A stretch of DNA of 64,000 bases from Eledone cirrhosa (Eukaryota), in NCBI GenBank assembly GCA_964016885.1, contig OZ024742.1, positions 205,344,001-205,408,000 of the forward strand, in the 5' to 3' direction. A model generated the notes under the pieces. That model saw nothing but the letters and a program-made list of their open reading frames with translations. It was not told where the DNA came from and made no database searches. Numbering within the stretch: position 1 is the first letter of the stretch; the number at the start of each line of letters is the position of its first letter. A program made the position numbers and the translations under genes. Of the stretch, positions 10,880-23,227 are shown in pieces.

Positions 10880-13535
10880 CAAAACTCCGAGTTGGCACCA
10901 TCAGCATAGGAACAATGAAAGGAAGAGCAGGAGAAATCATAGAGATGTTAGAGCAAAAGGAAATTGATGTATGCTGTGTGCAAGAGACTAGATGGAGAGG
11001 AGAATCTGCTAGAGTCCTTGTAGGCAAAAATCAGTGCTGCTATAAATTTTTCTGGGTAGGAAATGACAATGGGTTGGGTGGTGTGAATATACTATTAACT
11101 GACAAATAAGGATATCTCGGTGAACGCAAGAATCATTAAACTCAGACTAGTCCTGAATAAAACAACTGCTACAATTATATCAGCTTACGCATCCCAATCT
11201 GGGTTGCCAAACAAACTTAAGGATAGGTTTTAGAAGTCCTTAATGCAAACTACTGCCTTAACAAACGATAATGACTTCCTAATCATTGCAGGAGACTTTA
11301 ACGGACACATTGTAGAAGCCATCATGGTGTTTCCCAGAGTCCATGGAAGCTACAGGTTTGGCACAAGAAATGAAGAAGGCTTCAGGCTTCTAGAATTCTA
11401 TGCTGGCAATGACATGTCGATATGTAACACAAACTTCAAAAAACCTGACAACCATCTGATCACCCCATCATAGGAGCATTCTAGTCAGATAGAACATAAC
11501 TTAGTTGTCAGCGACCTCATTGTCAAAACTAGAGGAACTTGGAAACAGAAGGCAACTTGGAGAAGAAAGATATGGAAGCTGAAAGACCCCTCAGCTGGTA
11601 ACAAATTTAAAGATATCTTACTCGATGCCTATGACACTAAAGAAGAACAGATAGAGGCATTTAATATAGAAGAGCACTGAGTGTTCCTAAAAAAAAAGAA
11701 CTTACTAAACGCAACAGACGAGATTTGTGGTTGGAGCAAGACCACAGGGAGGAGAGTGACTTGGTGGTGGAACAATAAGGTAGATGAGGCAATTAAGGCT
11801 AAGAGACAGGCATGGAAACAACGGAAGAGCGGGGGAAGCAGGGTACATTACATAGAGACCAGGAGGGAAGCTAGGCGACAAGTATACTTAGCTAGAAGGG
11901 AAGTGGAGGATAGCAAATTCAAACATGTTTTGCAGTGTGTGGACCAGAAACAGGAGGTGTTCAGGATTGCGAGGCAGTGTGTTAGAGAAAATTGTGATGT
12001 TATTGGAGAGAAGTGTATCTGGAATGATAAAGGTGAGCTTGCCTTCACAAGTGCTGAGAAGAAAGCTGCGTGGAAGAGCCATTATGAAAGATTACTAAAT
12101 GAGGAGAATGCATGGGAGAAAGAGATCCTATAGAGGGGTCAGCAGTACAAGTCAGCAGCAGCGTAGTAAGTAAGGCAATTAAAGATATGAAGACTGGGAA
12201 GGCAACCGGTCCATCGTGTATAGTTGCCGAGATGTTGAAAGCATCTGGGTCAGTAGGTCACACTATCACCACACGTATCGTTAACCAGGGCGTCATACTA
12301 AAGGATTGCTGCAGCAGCATCATTGTCATACAAGGGTAAAGGAGATGCACTAGATAGAGGTATAAAGGTATATAGACCAGGTCATGAAAGTAATGGAAAG
12401 AGTTATAGCACAGCTGAGTAGGGACCAGGTAAAACTAGATGAGATGCAGTTTGGGTTTGTGCCAGGCAAAAGTGCCACTGATGCTCTCTTCCTTGTGAGG
12501 CAGTTACAGGAAAAGTACTTAGCTAAAGGTAAGCTGCTTTACCTGGCATTTGTCAATCTGGAAAAAGCTGTCGACAGAGTGCCCCGTGCTATACTCTGGT
12601 GGGCTCTTAGAAAACTAAGAGTAGATGAATGGCTTGTGAAAGCGGTACAAGCCATGTAAAGGGGAGCAGTCAGTAAAGTTAGGGTTAACAATGACTAGCG
12701 AGGAATTTAGCATACAGGCCAGTGTCCACCAGGGCTATGTTCTTAGCCCTCTCCTGTTTATTATAGTTTTGCAGGCTATAACAGAGGAGTTTAAGACTGG
12801 ATGCCCATGGGAACTTCTGTACACAGATGATCTTACACTTATAGCTGAATCTATGGTGGAACTAGAGAAGAAATTTCAAATATGGAAGCAGGGACTAGAA
12901 AGAAGGGGTCTCAAAGTCAACCTAACAAAGACTAAGGTCCTCATAAGTAGATGAGAAAACAGAACCCAGATCTCCTCAGGGAAATGGCCTTGCTCAGTAT
13001 GTAGGAATTCCATCCTCTGCCCCAAATGCAAACTATGGGTACACAAGAAATGTAGTGGGATCTGAGGAAGTTTAGTTAAGAATGTAGGCTTTACATGTAG
13101 CAGCTGCACTGGGACAGTAAGCAGCAAACAGCCACAGGAAACAAGCATTACTGGGCTCTGTAGAAACAGTAGACAGCTTCTGCTACCTATGAGACCAAAT
13201 TAGCAGCAGAGGTGGCAGTAATCAGGGTAAGAACGGGATGGAAGAAGTTCAGAGAGCTACTACCACTGCTAGCTGCAAAAGGCTTTTCCCTCAAAATGAA
13301 AGGGAGACTGTATGATGCATGTATACAAACAACAATGTTACATGGTAGTGAGACCTGGGCACTGTGTGTAGATGACTTGCGTAGATTAGAAAGAAATGTA
13401 GCCTGCATGCTCCACTGGATGTGTAATAGTAGTATATGCGAACGGCAAAGAATAAATGAGCTGAGAGAGAGACTGAGCATAAGAGGAATCAAATGCTGTG
13501 TGCAGGAGAGGAGGATGCATTGGTATGGGCATGTA
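10880..13535 (+). mobile_element. Decayed RTE-clade LINE (APE + RT + PHD-like finger)
   Basis: APE motifs VCCVQETRWRG and IIAGDFNGH. RT motifs QFGFVPGKSATDA, VHQGYVLSPLLF and LLYTDD. C-terminal MLHGSETW and RRMHWYGHV. Many stops and frameshifts. Confidence 0.93.
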
Positions 13536-14064
13536 TCTGAACTCGAGTATGTTTGTGTGTATAATTTACGCGTGTGTGTGTGTATGTGTTTATGTATGTA
13601 TAGTTGTGTATATGTGTGCAGGGTTGTCTCCTAACTTGAATGAAGAAAATGGTGGAAAAAGTTTACAACAGTTTAAATTACAACAGCTGTTTTATAGTTT
13701 TTAGCTACTTTTAAGTAAATCTGTATATTATAAGATTACTACAGATTTTTAAACCTTAAAATTATGGATGCACTTTATACATAAGGACTAGCTTGATGCA
13801 GAAGCTATTGTAGACATTATGATATATATAACAAAAAAAAAAAAAAATGCAATTACTTCAGTATTAATCTTTAATGTGTATTATTTATGAGATTATATTA
13901 TATATAGTGAAAGTGCATAGCTTAGTGGTTAGGGAATTGGATTCACAATTGTGAAGTTGTAAGTTCTATTACTGAAGCAGGTGATACATTATGCTTTTGA
14001 GCCAGACACTTTATTTTATATTGCTCGTTCTGCCAGGAGTTGTGACTGGTAGATAAGTAGATAG

Positions 14065-14684
14065 TGTAGCAAGAGTTGCCTCCCTTGTTGTAACGATCAC
14101 ATCCCACTTATAACAAAATACTGGGTTGTATGAATATAACAGGAGACTCAGTTGTATGTACAATGTTTAATTAACAAGTTGAAGTTATGTAGTGCAGAAT
14201 TGTTGACATGTCAAGAGTAGATGAAAGAATGAAGTAAAGTTATTTGTTACCGTTTTGAAATGAGCTCGCAAGAGACCATGTTAGGGTTGCCAGAGAGTAG
14301 AGCCTCGGCGAACGCGCCTGGCCGAAAGGGCAAATGAGAGGGAGACAGCTTGGAGCTGTCCCTTTTATATGGTCCCTGGAAGAAATGACAAAGAAGGCAA
14401 CCACACGGGAAGTAACTCCAGCAGATATCAAGGTAGCCAACTGCTGGACATCACTCAAAGATACAATGTAATCAAACTAAAAGAGGTCAAAGTTCAAATG
14501 TTCAAAATACAGTTCACAGGTGTGCAATCACATGACAGCAGGAAAGAAAGTATGTCCTCCAGAGAATGTATGCAGGTGGTCTCTAGACTGTGGTACAACG
14601 TGAAATTCGGTGGGATTTTCTCCGACTAGCTACTTCCTGTCTAGAGATGTGATCGTCACAACAAGGGAGGCAACTCTTGCTACA
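14065..14684. mobile_element. TG...CA element with 39-bp terminal inverted repeats and 4-bp TSD (solo-LTR-like or Ginger-like)
   Basis: tgtagcaagagttgcctcccttgttgtaacgatcacatc / gatgtgatcgtcacaacaagggaggcaactcttgctaca. TSD atag at 14061-64 and 14685-88. Confidence 0.85.
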
Positions 14685-15082
14685 ATAGTATCAGCTATAG
14701 AAAGATGATCAATGTAAACATTATCTCTTCCAATTTTGATGTGTGTGTGTGTGTGTGTGTGAATGTAGCGAAGATAATACGCCAACAATGACGTCAGAAT
14801 GTCGTTATGCAGACAGCCAGGCATACAGACAGATATTATAAGGGCTCGACGGAGATCGATAACAACAGAAAGTTGAAAAATAAAAGCGGCAGTTAGTATT
14901 TTTAGACCGCAAGGAATATAAATGCAAGTTTGAAGTCAATCGGAGTAGAAATGTGGATTTGTATAGACTTTGCAAAAATGAGGACAGACACACAGACAAC
15001 ATCAGTTTTATATATATAGATGTACACATTATATATATATATTACCCCCCCCCACACACACATATATATGTATGTATGTATG

Positions 15083-15135
<53 letters not shown>

Positions 15136-15643
15136 ACTTTTATTATTACTGGGGTCGATAAAATAAAGTACCAGTAATACACTGGGATAATTGGTGGCCT
15201 TGTGCCAAAAGTAGAAACAATTATTACTGGCGGTGAATTGGCAGTATCGGTAGAGGATCGGACACCATGCTTCGTGGCATAATTACGTCCCTTTACGTTC
15301 TGAGTTCAAATTCCGTCAAGGTTAACTTTGCCTTTCATCCTTACGGGGTCGATAAAATAAAGTGCCAGTAACATGCTGGGATAGTTACTGACCTTGTGTC
15401 AAATGTAGACATAATTATCACTTTCAAAGTAAAGGGTGTCATGAATGATACAAAATCAAACATGTCTTGTTTCTAAAAACAGCTCAAGATAGAATTCAGA
15501 GAATAAAATCGAGCCTTAATCATTCAAAACTTAGAACTAAAGACAATCTATACTGAAAGTGAGATTACATAATTCGTTGAGTATCTTATTAAATTTAATT
15601 AAAAATTTAGAACAAAATACCTGAAAACGTTCAATAAATTTCC

Positions 15644-15702
<59 letters not shown>

Positions 15703-15871
15703 GATATATTAACAAATGGAAACTATATTTATAAAACCGTATTTATTTCATTATACATATTTCAAGGACACCAAGTTAAATTATGGTGTGCTTTCATCAG
15801 ATAAAATATAATATAGATCAGTTTTATAAATAAATATTGACATACCCTTAAAGAATGCGACCATTTCTGTT

Positions 15872-15913
<42 letters not shown>

Positions 15914-16562
15914 ATAAATTAACGGAGCCATAGACTCTCGTTATTCCCTGTCAATAATGTGCTCAAAGGAAAAGGAATCCTGAGCTCTTTAAAATACAAT
16001 ATGTTGAAAAGGTAACACACTAGAAAGTGTGCCATCAATAAAACAGGGAAAACCAACAGTGTATGGAATCTATAATCTATGGAAGGCAGGGTAGACATAC
16101 AATAATTAAAAAATATAAATTAAAATGTATATACGCACCTCTATAACTATATAAGACACGCGTACAAAGAGATGTTTCGCCAGGAAGTTGTTGACTGAAA
16201 TGGAATAGCCTATGGTTCATCAGCGCGTGCAAGACTATACATTCCAGACAACTCTAAGAGAATTTAAAGCAACCGTCCAGCTACACGCGGCAGAGAGATG
16301 TAACAGCGTGTTTAGGGCAGTGAACCAGTGGTATCTGAGGGACGAGCTGCTAGAAAAGGCAGCCCAAAAAACACTCAAAGAAGTATGCTCAACCAAACAG
16401 AGAGAGAGAGAGAGGAAATATCACGATAGATTAACGGAGCCATAGACTCTCGTTATTCCCTGTAAATTATGTGCTCAACAATATGTTGAATAGGTGTATG
16501 GTGGTTTTCCCTGTTTTATTGATGGCACACTTTCTCTCTCTAGTGTGTTACCTTTTCAACAT

Positions 16563-16612
<50 letters not shown>

Positions 16613-16704
16613 CGTGTGTGTAAAAGATAAACAGAAATAACACAATCGGTACAGTATATGGAAGGGATATATTAGGTTAACGCTTGATATAGCATGAAGA
16701 GGGT

Positions 16705-16740
16705 CATAACGTTTCGGACGCTAGTCCTTCATCAGAAGAA
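16705..16740 (-). ncRNA. Minimal hammerhead core (stem I not evident)
   Basis: Minus strand: CUGAUGA-A-GGAC-UAGC-GUCC-GAAAC-GUUA. The flanks do not pair well, so it is probably decayed. Confidence 0.5.
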
Positions 16741-16818
16741 AGAATGAGAAATAAGATAGATTGGGGGAACGGGCGGGATGGAATTGGAAAAAATGTCTTT
16801 AGATAAAAATAACAGGTC

Positions 16819-17493
16819 TGTAACGGAATATTACCGTTTTGAAGTGAGCTCGCAAGCGACCATGTTCAGGGTTGCCAGAGAGTAGAGCCTCGGCGAACGC
16901 GCCTGACCGAAGACGCCTGGCTGAAGGGCCAGGCAGGTTAGAAGAAGAGGGAGAGAGCTGAAAGCTATCCCTTTTATAGGGTCCCAGGACGGAAGTGACA
17001 AAGAAGGCTCTGCAACCAGAACGGGAAGTAACTCCAGCTACTTCCTGTTTCCGCCAGTGGTAAGTTATTTACGCTCAAGAGACTAACTCCTTGGGAGAGG
17101 CTAAACACAGGTCAGAGGTGTTTACGCCTGACAGAAAATAGGTCAGAGGATATATCCATCTTTCTGACTTGTTTACGCTTGGCAAACTAATCCCTTGGGA
17201 GACTAACCAAAGTTCAGAGGATATATCTATCCTTCTAACTTCAACTCTTATAAATACAGGGGTTGTTTACGCCCCGACAGAAAAGAAGTGATATACAGAC
17301 AAGACAAGTCGCATTTACAAGCTCTAGTCACGAAAAACCAGTCTGCCACTTATTCTCACCTTCCTGGCTGATCGCTGACTCCTACTGCAAATATACTGAT
17401 ACGCACACACGCATTCATAGTAAACAACTTACCACTGCTTGTCCCAGAGGCGGGAAAACTCAGATTCGGTTTCGAATCTTCGCCGCCGTTATA
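16819..17493. mobile_element. Solo-LTR-like element
   Basis: Termini tgtaacgg...ccgttata, 4-bp TSD ggtc, internal homology to 14247-14420, TATA-like cttttata. Confidence 0.75.
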
Positions 17494-18099
17494 GGTCCAT
17501 TCATGTTGACATCTCTTGCAAAGTTTAAATGATATATAAAACGGGATATATATTAATTGAGAAACTACTTGTAAGTTTGTACATATATACAGAGCAATTC
17601 AAGGTTGTAACATAGCCTATTAATGCCTTAGACATATCTGTTTCATGAAACCCCAAGAAAATAGGCAAACCATCGATCTTAGTAATTAGTATCAATTACC
17701 AATTATCGATTTTGGTAATAAGCATCTTAAGCAGTCTTCTATATATATATATATATATATTTCACACTGTACAAAATTACTAGTTACCTGCTCAGGAAAG
17801 ACTTTTGAAATCTTCTCCACATGGAGTTGAAATAACATTTAATAGAAGAGCAGATATTACGGGACATTAAAGAAAAAATATTTGAGTTCTTAAGAGACTT
17901 GTTCGTTGCTATTTTTGCCTCTTGGAAAAGATCTCTGCTTCCCACATTTTGCCACTCTTTCTATACCTGTCTCTTGGCCTTAATTGTTTCATCGACTATT
18001 TCACCACCAAGTAACTCTTCTACACACTGGGCCTCATACCTCGTTTGTGGCCTATATTGTAAGTCGCTATTTCGTCTTACTTATTGTCAAAAGCGTCAA

Positions 18100-19085
18100 G
18101 TAAGATATTCCTAAATTTGTTATAGGCGAGGATTCTGCCCCAGGTTGTCTTCTGTCTCCAACTTTGTCTAGCCCTCATTAACAAATTGCTGATTACTAGG
18201 TTATGTTGGGAGGTACATCCCTCACCAGTGAGGGATTTTGTGTTTTCAACCATCACCCTATCTCGCCTTGTGGTGAGGATGAAATCTATAGTTGATCAAA
18301 TGGTTGACTATTTTTTTAAGTTAGTGTTATAGATCATTAGTTCTTTAGTGTCGCAGAATTCCAGAAGCCTGGGTCCTTCCTCATTTCTGGCACCAAACCC
18401 ATAACCTTTGTGGATCCTGTAGAAGCCATCACTGTGTTGCCCAACATGTCCATAAAAGTGTCTTGATATATTAAGAATTCTTTGTCACTCATTAGAAAAG
18501 TAGTCTGCATTGGGGATTCGTAAAAGTCGTTTTTTAGTCCGTCTGGTAGTACCGATTGTGGTGCATATGCAGGTATAATAGTGGTTTCTTATATAGGCAC
18601 AAGGTCAGCAATTTTGGGGGAGGGGAAAGTCGATTAAATCGACTCCAGTGCGTGACTGGTACTTTATTTTATCGACCCCGTAAGGATGAAAGGCAAAGTT
18701 AACCTCGGCGGGATTTGAACTCAGATTATAAAGGGCCGTAACTCTATGCTGCAAAGCATGGCCTCCGACCCTCTACCGATACTGCCAATCCACCACCCTC
18801 ATATGCAGGCATAATAGTTGTTTCTACGTTAGGCACAAGGCCAGCAATTACCCAGTGCATTACTGGTACTTTATTTTATCGACTCCGTAAGGATGAAAGG
18901 CAAAGTTAACCTCGGCGGGATTTGAACTCAGAATGGCAAGGGCATATATGCAGGCATAATAGTAACAGTTGTTCTATCTAGGACCATCCTAAGTTTAATG
19001 ATTCTGTCATTTACTCTGTCTACTGCAATTACACTATCTACTCATTTTCTGCTAACAGAATACCTACTCCACAGCTCATAATCAT
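18100..19085 (-). mobile_element. RTE-type APE endonuclease fragment interrupted by two SINEs
   Basis: Reverse translation near 18360-18420 gives HKGYGFGARNEEGPRLLEF, homologous to HGSYRFGTRNEEGFRLLEF near 11340. Confidence 0.7.
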
Positions 19086-19189
19086 TACCCACCCAGAAAA
19101 ATTTGAGGATCCTGGTGGGGAAGAGCTCATGGGGTTTAGTGGTGATGTGGGCTTTCATATTTTTTGCACAGGTATATCCTAGATTCACC

Positions 19190-19772
19190 TTGTGTCTAAA
19201 CCATCAGACAACCTTTAGACACTCTGATAACTGGCAAGCTACGTATGGTTACTCAAGAATTCAAGCAAGAATTTCTTCATTAAATGGAAAATTCTCACCA
19301 TATCGAGGCCATACCGAAATGCAGCGGTTTCCTGTAAGTTGTGCATCGATGAAAAAGTGAATATCTTGCAGAGGTTACATTACAGTACTTGCCTTAATAC
19401 GAGAGATGACTTTTTTAATTGCTGCCCCCATGCTGCGAAATTTCCACTACGTAACTGAAAGGATCCAGGATAACCAGAAGTTTGACCCATACTGAACTAC
19501 TACAAGTGATTGTTCTTCAAAATTTGTCCTCCCTACTATAGTCTAATTGAGTTGTCTCCCTTGTCATTCAACCGGTATCTACCGCTTAGAATCCAGCCAG
19601 CACATATATACTTCCGCTCTCATTATAACCATACACGAGTTGAAGAATCCTTCGGGTGAAACACGTGTTCTCGACAATGGTTTGCTAATTTGTTGTGGAA
19701 CTAACTCTATATCGAACTCATCATCCCGGGTTTTTTTTACCATTATATATAGGCGAAGGAAGATTGATATGC

Positions 19773-19776
<4 letters not shown>
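19190..19776 (+). mobile_element. 3' end of a Penelope-like element (GIY-YIG C-terminal region plus HHR-bearing tail)
   Basis: NHQTTFRH, then the frame from 19270 reads NFFIKWKILTISRPYRNAAVSCKLCIDEKVNIL...CLNTRDDFFNCCPHAAKF. This is the W-x-IL / CxLC-x-x-EK / LN-x-R / C-x-H pattern of invertebrate PLE endonucleases. An HHR motif follows, then (TA)n. Confidence 0.75.
19636..19673 (+). ncRNA. Minimal type I hammerhead motif (C3U variant)
   Basis: CGAG-UUGAAGA-AUCC-UUCG-GGU-GAAAC-ACGU-GUU|CUCG, with palindromic stem III ACACGUGU. Confidence 0.6.
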
Positions 19777-19871
<95 letters not shown>

Positions 19872-20253
19872 TAAACAAAGAATCGCTGCTTTCGCCCTTA
19901 ATGGCATCTTCTGAAGCTAAAAAAGATCAATCTGTGGACGCACAAGTAAATATTTCGAAAAACGTTGCAACCGAAGGAAAACAGAAAGACGATACTTTGG
20001 TTCGTGAAGGTGTTCCCTGGTAATGAACGGGAAAAAAAGCGAAGATAATATATATATATATAGGAAAATGTATGACCCCGACGGCAGATCTCAAGCCGTT
20101 TCGACTCTAAGTATTGAGTACTCTGGTGCGTTATGGTCCATCTGGTTCCTTACCACAACTCCTTCGTTATATATATATATATATATATATAAAATATTAA
20201 AAAAATAATGAATAAAACAATGAAACAGTTCCTTATATTAAACAAAAAAAGTT

Positions 20254-20404
20254 CATTATTTAACGATCGTTTCTAGGATATATATGTGTTAGAATTGGCA
20301 TGCATATTCAACAGATCTATGTACAAAATTATACAAAATTATACAAACTATCAAAATTAAATATACATACCAAACACATATATATGCCGTCTTCAGAAAT
20401 AATG
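20254..20404 (-). ncRNA. Type I hammerhead ribozyme motif, extended stem II
   Basis: Minus strand: CAUUAUUU-CUGAAGA-[AUAUAUAUGUGUU...AACACAUAUAUAU]-GAAAC-GAUC-GUU|AAAUAAUG. Stem I is a perfect 8 bp. Confidence 0.75.
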
Positions 20405-20449
20405 TATATATATATATATATATATATATATTTTTTATTTTATTTTATT

Positions 20450-20600
20450 TTATAGAAGGAGCTTCTACAGGACTAGTACTGTTTCATTCAGATGAAATCT
20501 TCAGCTTCCTGAAGATTTCATCTGAATGAAACAGTACTAGTCCTGTAGAAGTTCCTTCTATAAAAAAAATTTTTTTTACTCTGCCATGTATTGAGTACCT
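20450..20600. mobile_element. Fold-back insert with back-to-back hammerhead cores
   Basis: Palindrome about 20450-20563 centred on cttc. Each arm reads CTGAAGA-TTTC-ATCT-GAAT-GAAAC-AGTACTA-GTC. A decayed relative is at about 29073-29118. Confidence 0.7.
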
Positions 20601-20646
20601 TACTTACTGTGGTTATCCCCGACTCAACCCGGGACCTACGTATATA

Positions 20647-20749
<103 letters not shown>

Positions 20750-21434
20750 TTTACATATATATACACATACATATACGTGTTTTGCAACTGGTCACTTTTT
20801 GGCTCAATGAAAAATTAATAAATTAAACAATCAGAGCTATATATCATAAAACATGTCTATAGAATCACAAGATAAAATATATACTATTTCCTCTCCCTAA
20901 ACCTAATTCTGCTTAGTTGACTGTATCTAGGTGATCACGCTGTCGAAATATTCGATAAATATTCCAATGCGGCCGACGCGAAGCGCTAGTTTTGGTTATT
21001 TGTTGGCGATTCCTTCATAGAAGCCTCATTCGTATAGCCCGGTCTATTCGATTTTTTCTATAGTTAATTATGCTAATTGGGAGAGGAAATAGTATATATT
21101 TTATCTTGTGATTCTATAGACATGTTTTATGATATATAGCTCTGATTGTTTAATTTATTAATTTTTCATTGAGCCAAAAAGTGACCAGTTGCAAAACACG
21201 TATATGTATGTGTATGTATATATATGTGTAAACTTTTATATGTAATAATCTCCCACTAGGTTGAGACACAAATTTGGCTGTATTGTGCTGTGCTTTCTAG
21301 CAAAAATGCCACCAGTCGTAAGCAACTACCACACCCCTTCCAACTTGACCGCGACTACGTCACGATTTTTAGCCATTTTGAAATGAATTCTTGGCGCGAT
21401 CGTTTTGGAAAATTTAATGTCTAGATATGAGCGA

Positions 21435-21522
21435 GCTTCCTGAAGAATCCGGCGCTCGAGTTTATATAATTATTACATAATTATTGGATAACTCAAAACA
21501 CGGACGAAACCATGGTAGAGGT
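21435..21522 (+). ncRNA. Type I hammerhead ribozyme, unit 1
   Basis: GCUUC-CUGAAGA-A-UCCG...CGGA-C-GAAAC-CAUG-GUA|GAGGU. Predicted cleavage after 21517. Confidence 0.8.
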
Positions 21523-22093
21523 ATTTAAGTGTATTCTATTTTCTCCTAGTTTATTTTAAACCTAATTCTGCTTAGTTGACTGTATCTAGGCGATTACGCT
21601 GTCGAAATATTCGATAAATATTCCAATGCGGCCGACGCGAAGCGCTAGTTTTGGTTATTTGTTGGAGATTCCTTCATAAAAGCCTCATTCGTATAGCCTG
21701 GTCTATTCGATTTTTTATATAGTTAATTATGCTAATTGGGAGAGGAAATAGTATATATTTTATCTTGTGATTCTATAGACATGTTTTATGATATATAGCT
21801 CTGATTGTTTAATTTATTAATTTTTCATTGAGCCAAAAATTGACCAGTTGCAAAACACGTATATGTATGTGTATGTATATATATATGTAAACTTTCATAT
21901 GTAATAATCTCCCACTAGGTTGAGACACAAATTTGGCTGTATTGTGCTGTGCTTTCTAGCAAAAATGCCACCAGTCGTAAGCAACTACCACACCCCTTCC
22001 AACTTGACCGCGACTACGTCACGATTTTTAGCCATTTTGAAACGAATTCTTGGCGCGATCGTTTTGGAAAATTTAATGTCTAGATATGAGCGA

Positions 22094-22181
22094 GCTTCCT
22101 GAAGAATCCGGCGCTCCAGTTTATATAATTATTATATAATTATTGGATAACTCAAAACACGGACGAAACCATGGTAGAGGT
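22094..22181 (+). ncRNA. Type I hammerhead ribozyme, unit 2
   Basis: Same core, offset by 659 bp. Confidence 0.8.
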
Positions 22182-22752
22182 ATTTAAGTGTATTCTATTT
22201 TCTCCTAGTTTATTTTAAACCTAATTCTGCTTAGTTGACTGTATCTAGGCGATTACGCTGTCGAAATATTCGATAAATATTCCAATGCGGCCGACGCGAA
22301 GCGCTAGTTTTGGTTATTTGTTGGAGATTCCTTCATAGAAGCCTCATTCGTATAGCCCGGTCTATTCGATTTTTTATATAGTTAATTATGCTAATTGGGA
22401 GAGGAAATAGTATATATTTTATCTTGTGATTCTATAGACATGTTTTATGATATATAGCTCTGATTGTTTAATTTATTAATTTTTCATTGAGCCAAAAATT
22501 GACCAGTTGCAAAACACGTATATGTATGTGTATGTATATATATATGTAAACTTTCATATGTAATAATCTCCCACTAGGTTGAGACACAAATTTGGCTGTA
22601 TTGTGCTGTGCTTTCTAGCAAAAATGCCACCAGTCGTAAGCAACTACCACACCCCTTCCAACTTGACCGCGACTACGTCACGATTTTTAGCCATTTTGAA
22701 ACGAATTCTTGGCGCGATCGTTTTGGAAAATTTAATGTCTAGATATGAGCGA

Positions 22753-22840
22753 GCTTCCTGAAGAATCCGGCGCTCCAGTTTATATAATTATTATATAATT
22801 ATTGGATAACTCAAAACACGGACGAAACCATGGTAGAGGT
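22753..22840 (+). ncRNA. Type I hammerhead ribozyme, unit 3
   Basis: Same core, offset by 1318 bp. Confidence 0.8.
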
Positions 22841-23106
22841 ATTTAAGTGTATTCTATTTTCTCCTAGTTTATTTTAAACCTAATTCTGCTTAGTTGACTG
22901 TATCTAGGCGATTACGCTGTCGAAATATTCGATAAATATTCCAATGCGGCCGACGCGAAGCGCTAGTTTTGGTTATTTGTTGGAGATTCCTTCATAGAAG
23001 CCTCATTCGTATAGCCCGGTCTATTCGATTTTTTATATAGTTAATTATGCTAATTGGGAGAGGAAATAGTATATATTTTATCTTGTGATTCTATAGACAT
23101 GTTTTA

Positions 23107-23204
<98 letters not shown>

Positions 23205-23227
23205 CAGGCATATCAATCTTCCTTCGC

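Noticed and set aside
19456-19473. In-frame TGA followed by KDPG* as possible selenocysteine readthrough (reported for some Naiad PLEs)
   Set aside because: A real stop or a TGG-to-TGA mutation in a decayed copy is simpler, and I could not identify a SECIS.
20898-23110. CRISPR array or repeated 60-aa gene (ORFs at 21920 and 22579)
   Set aside because: Whole units repeat with no unique spacers. The ORF starts at TTG, has a stop in unit 1 and shows no recognisable motif.
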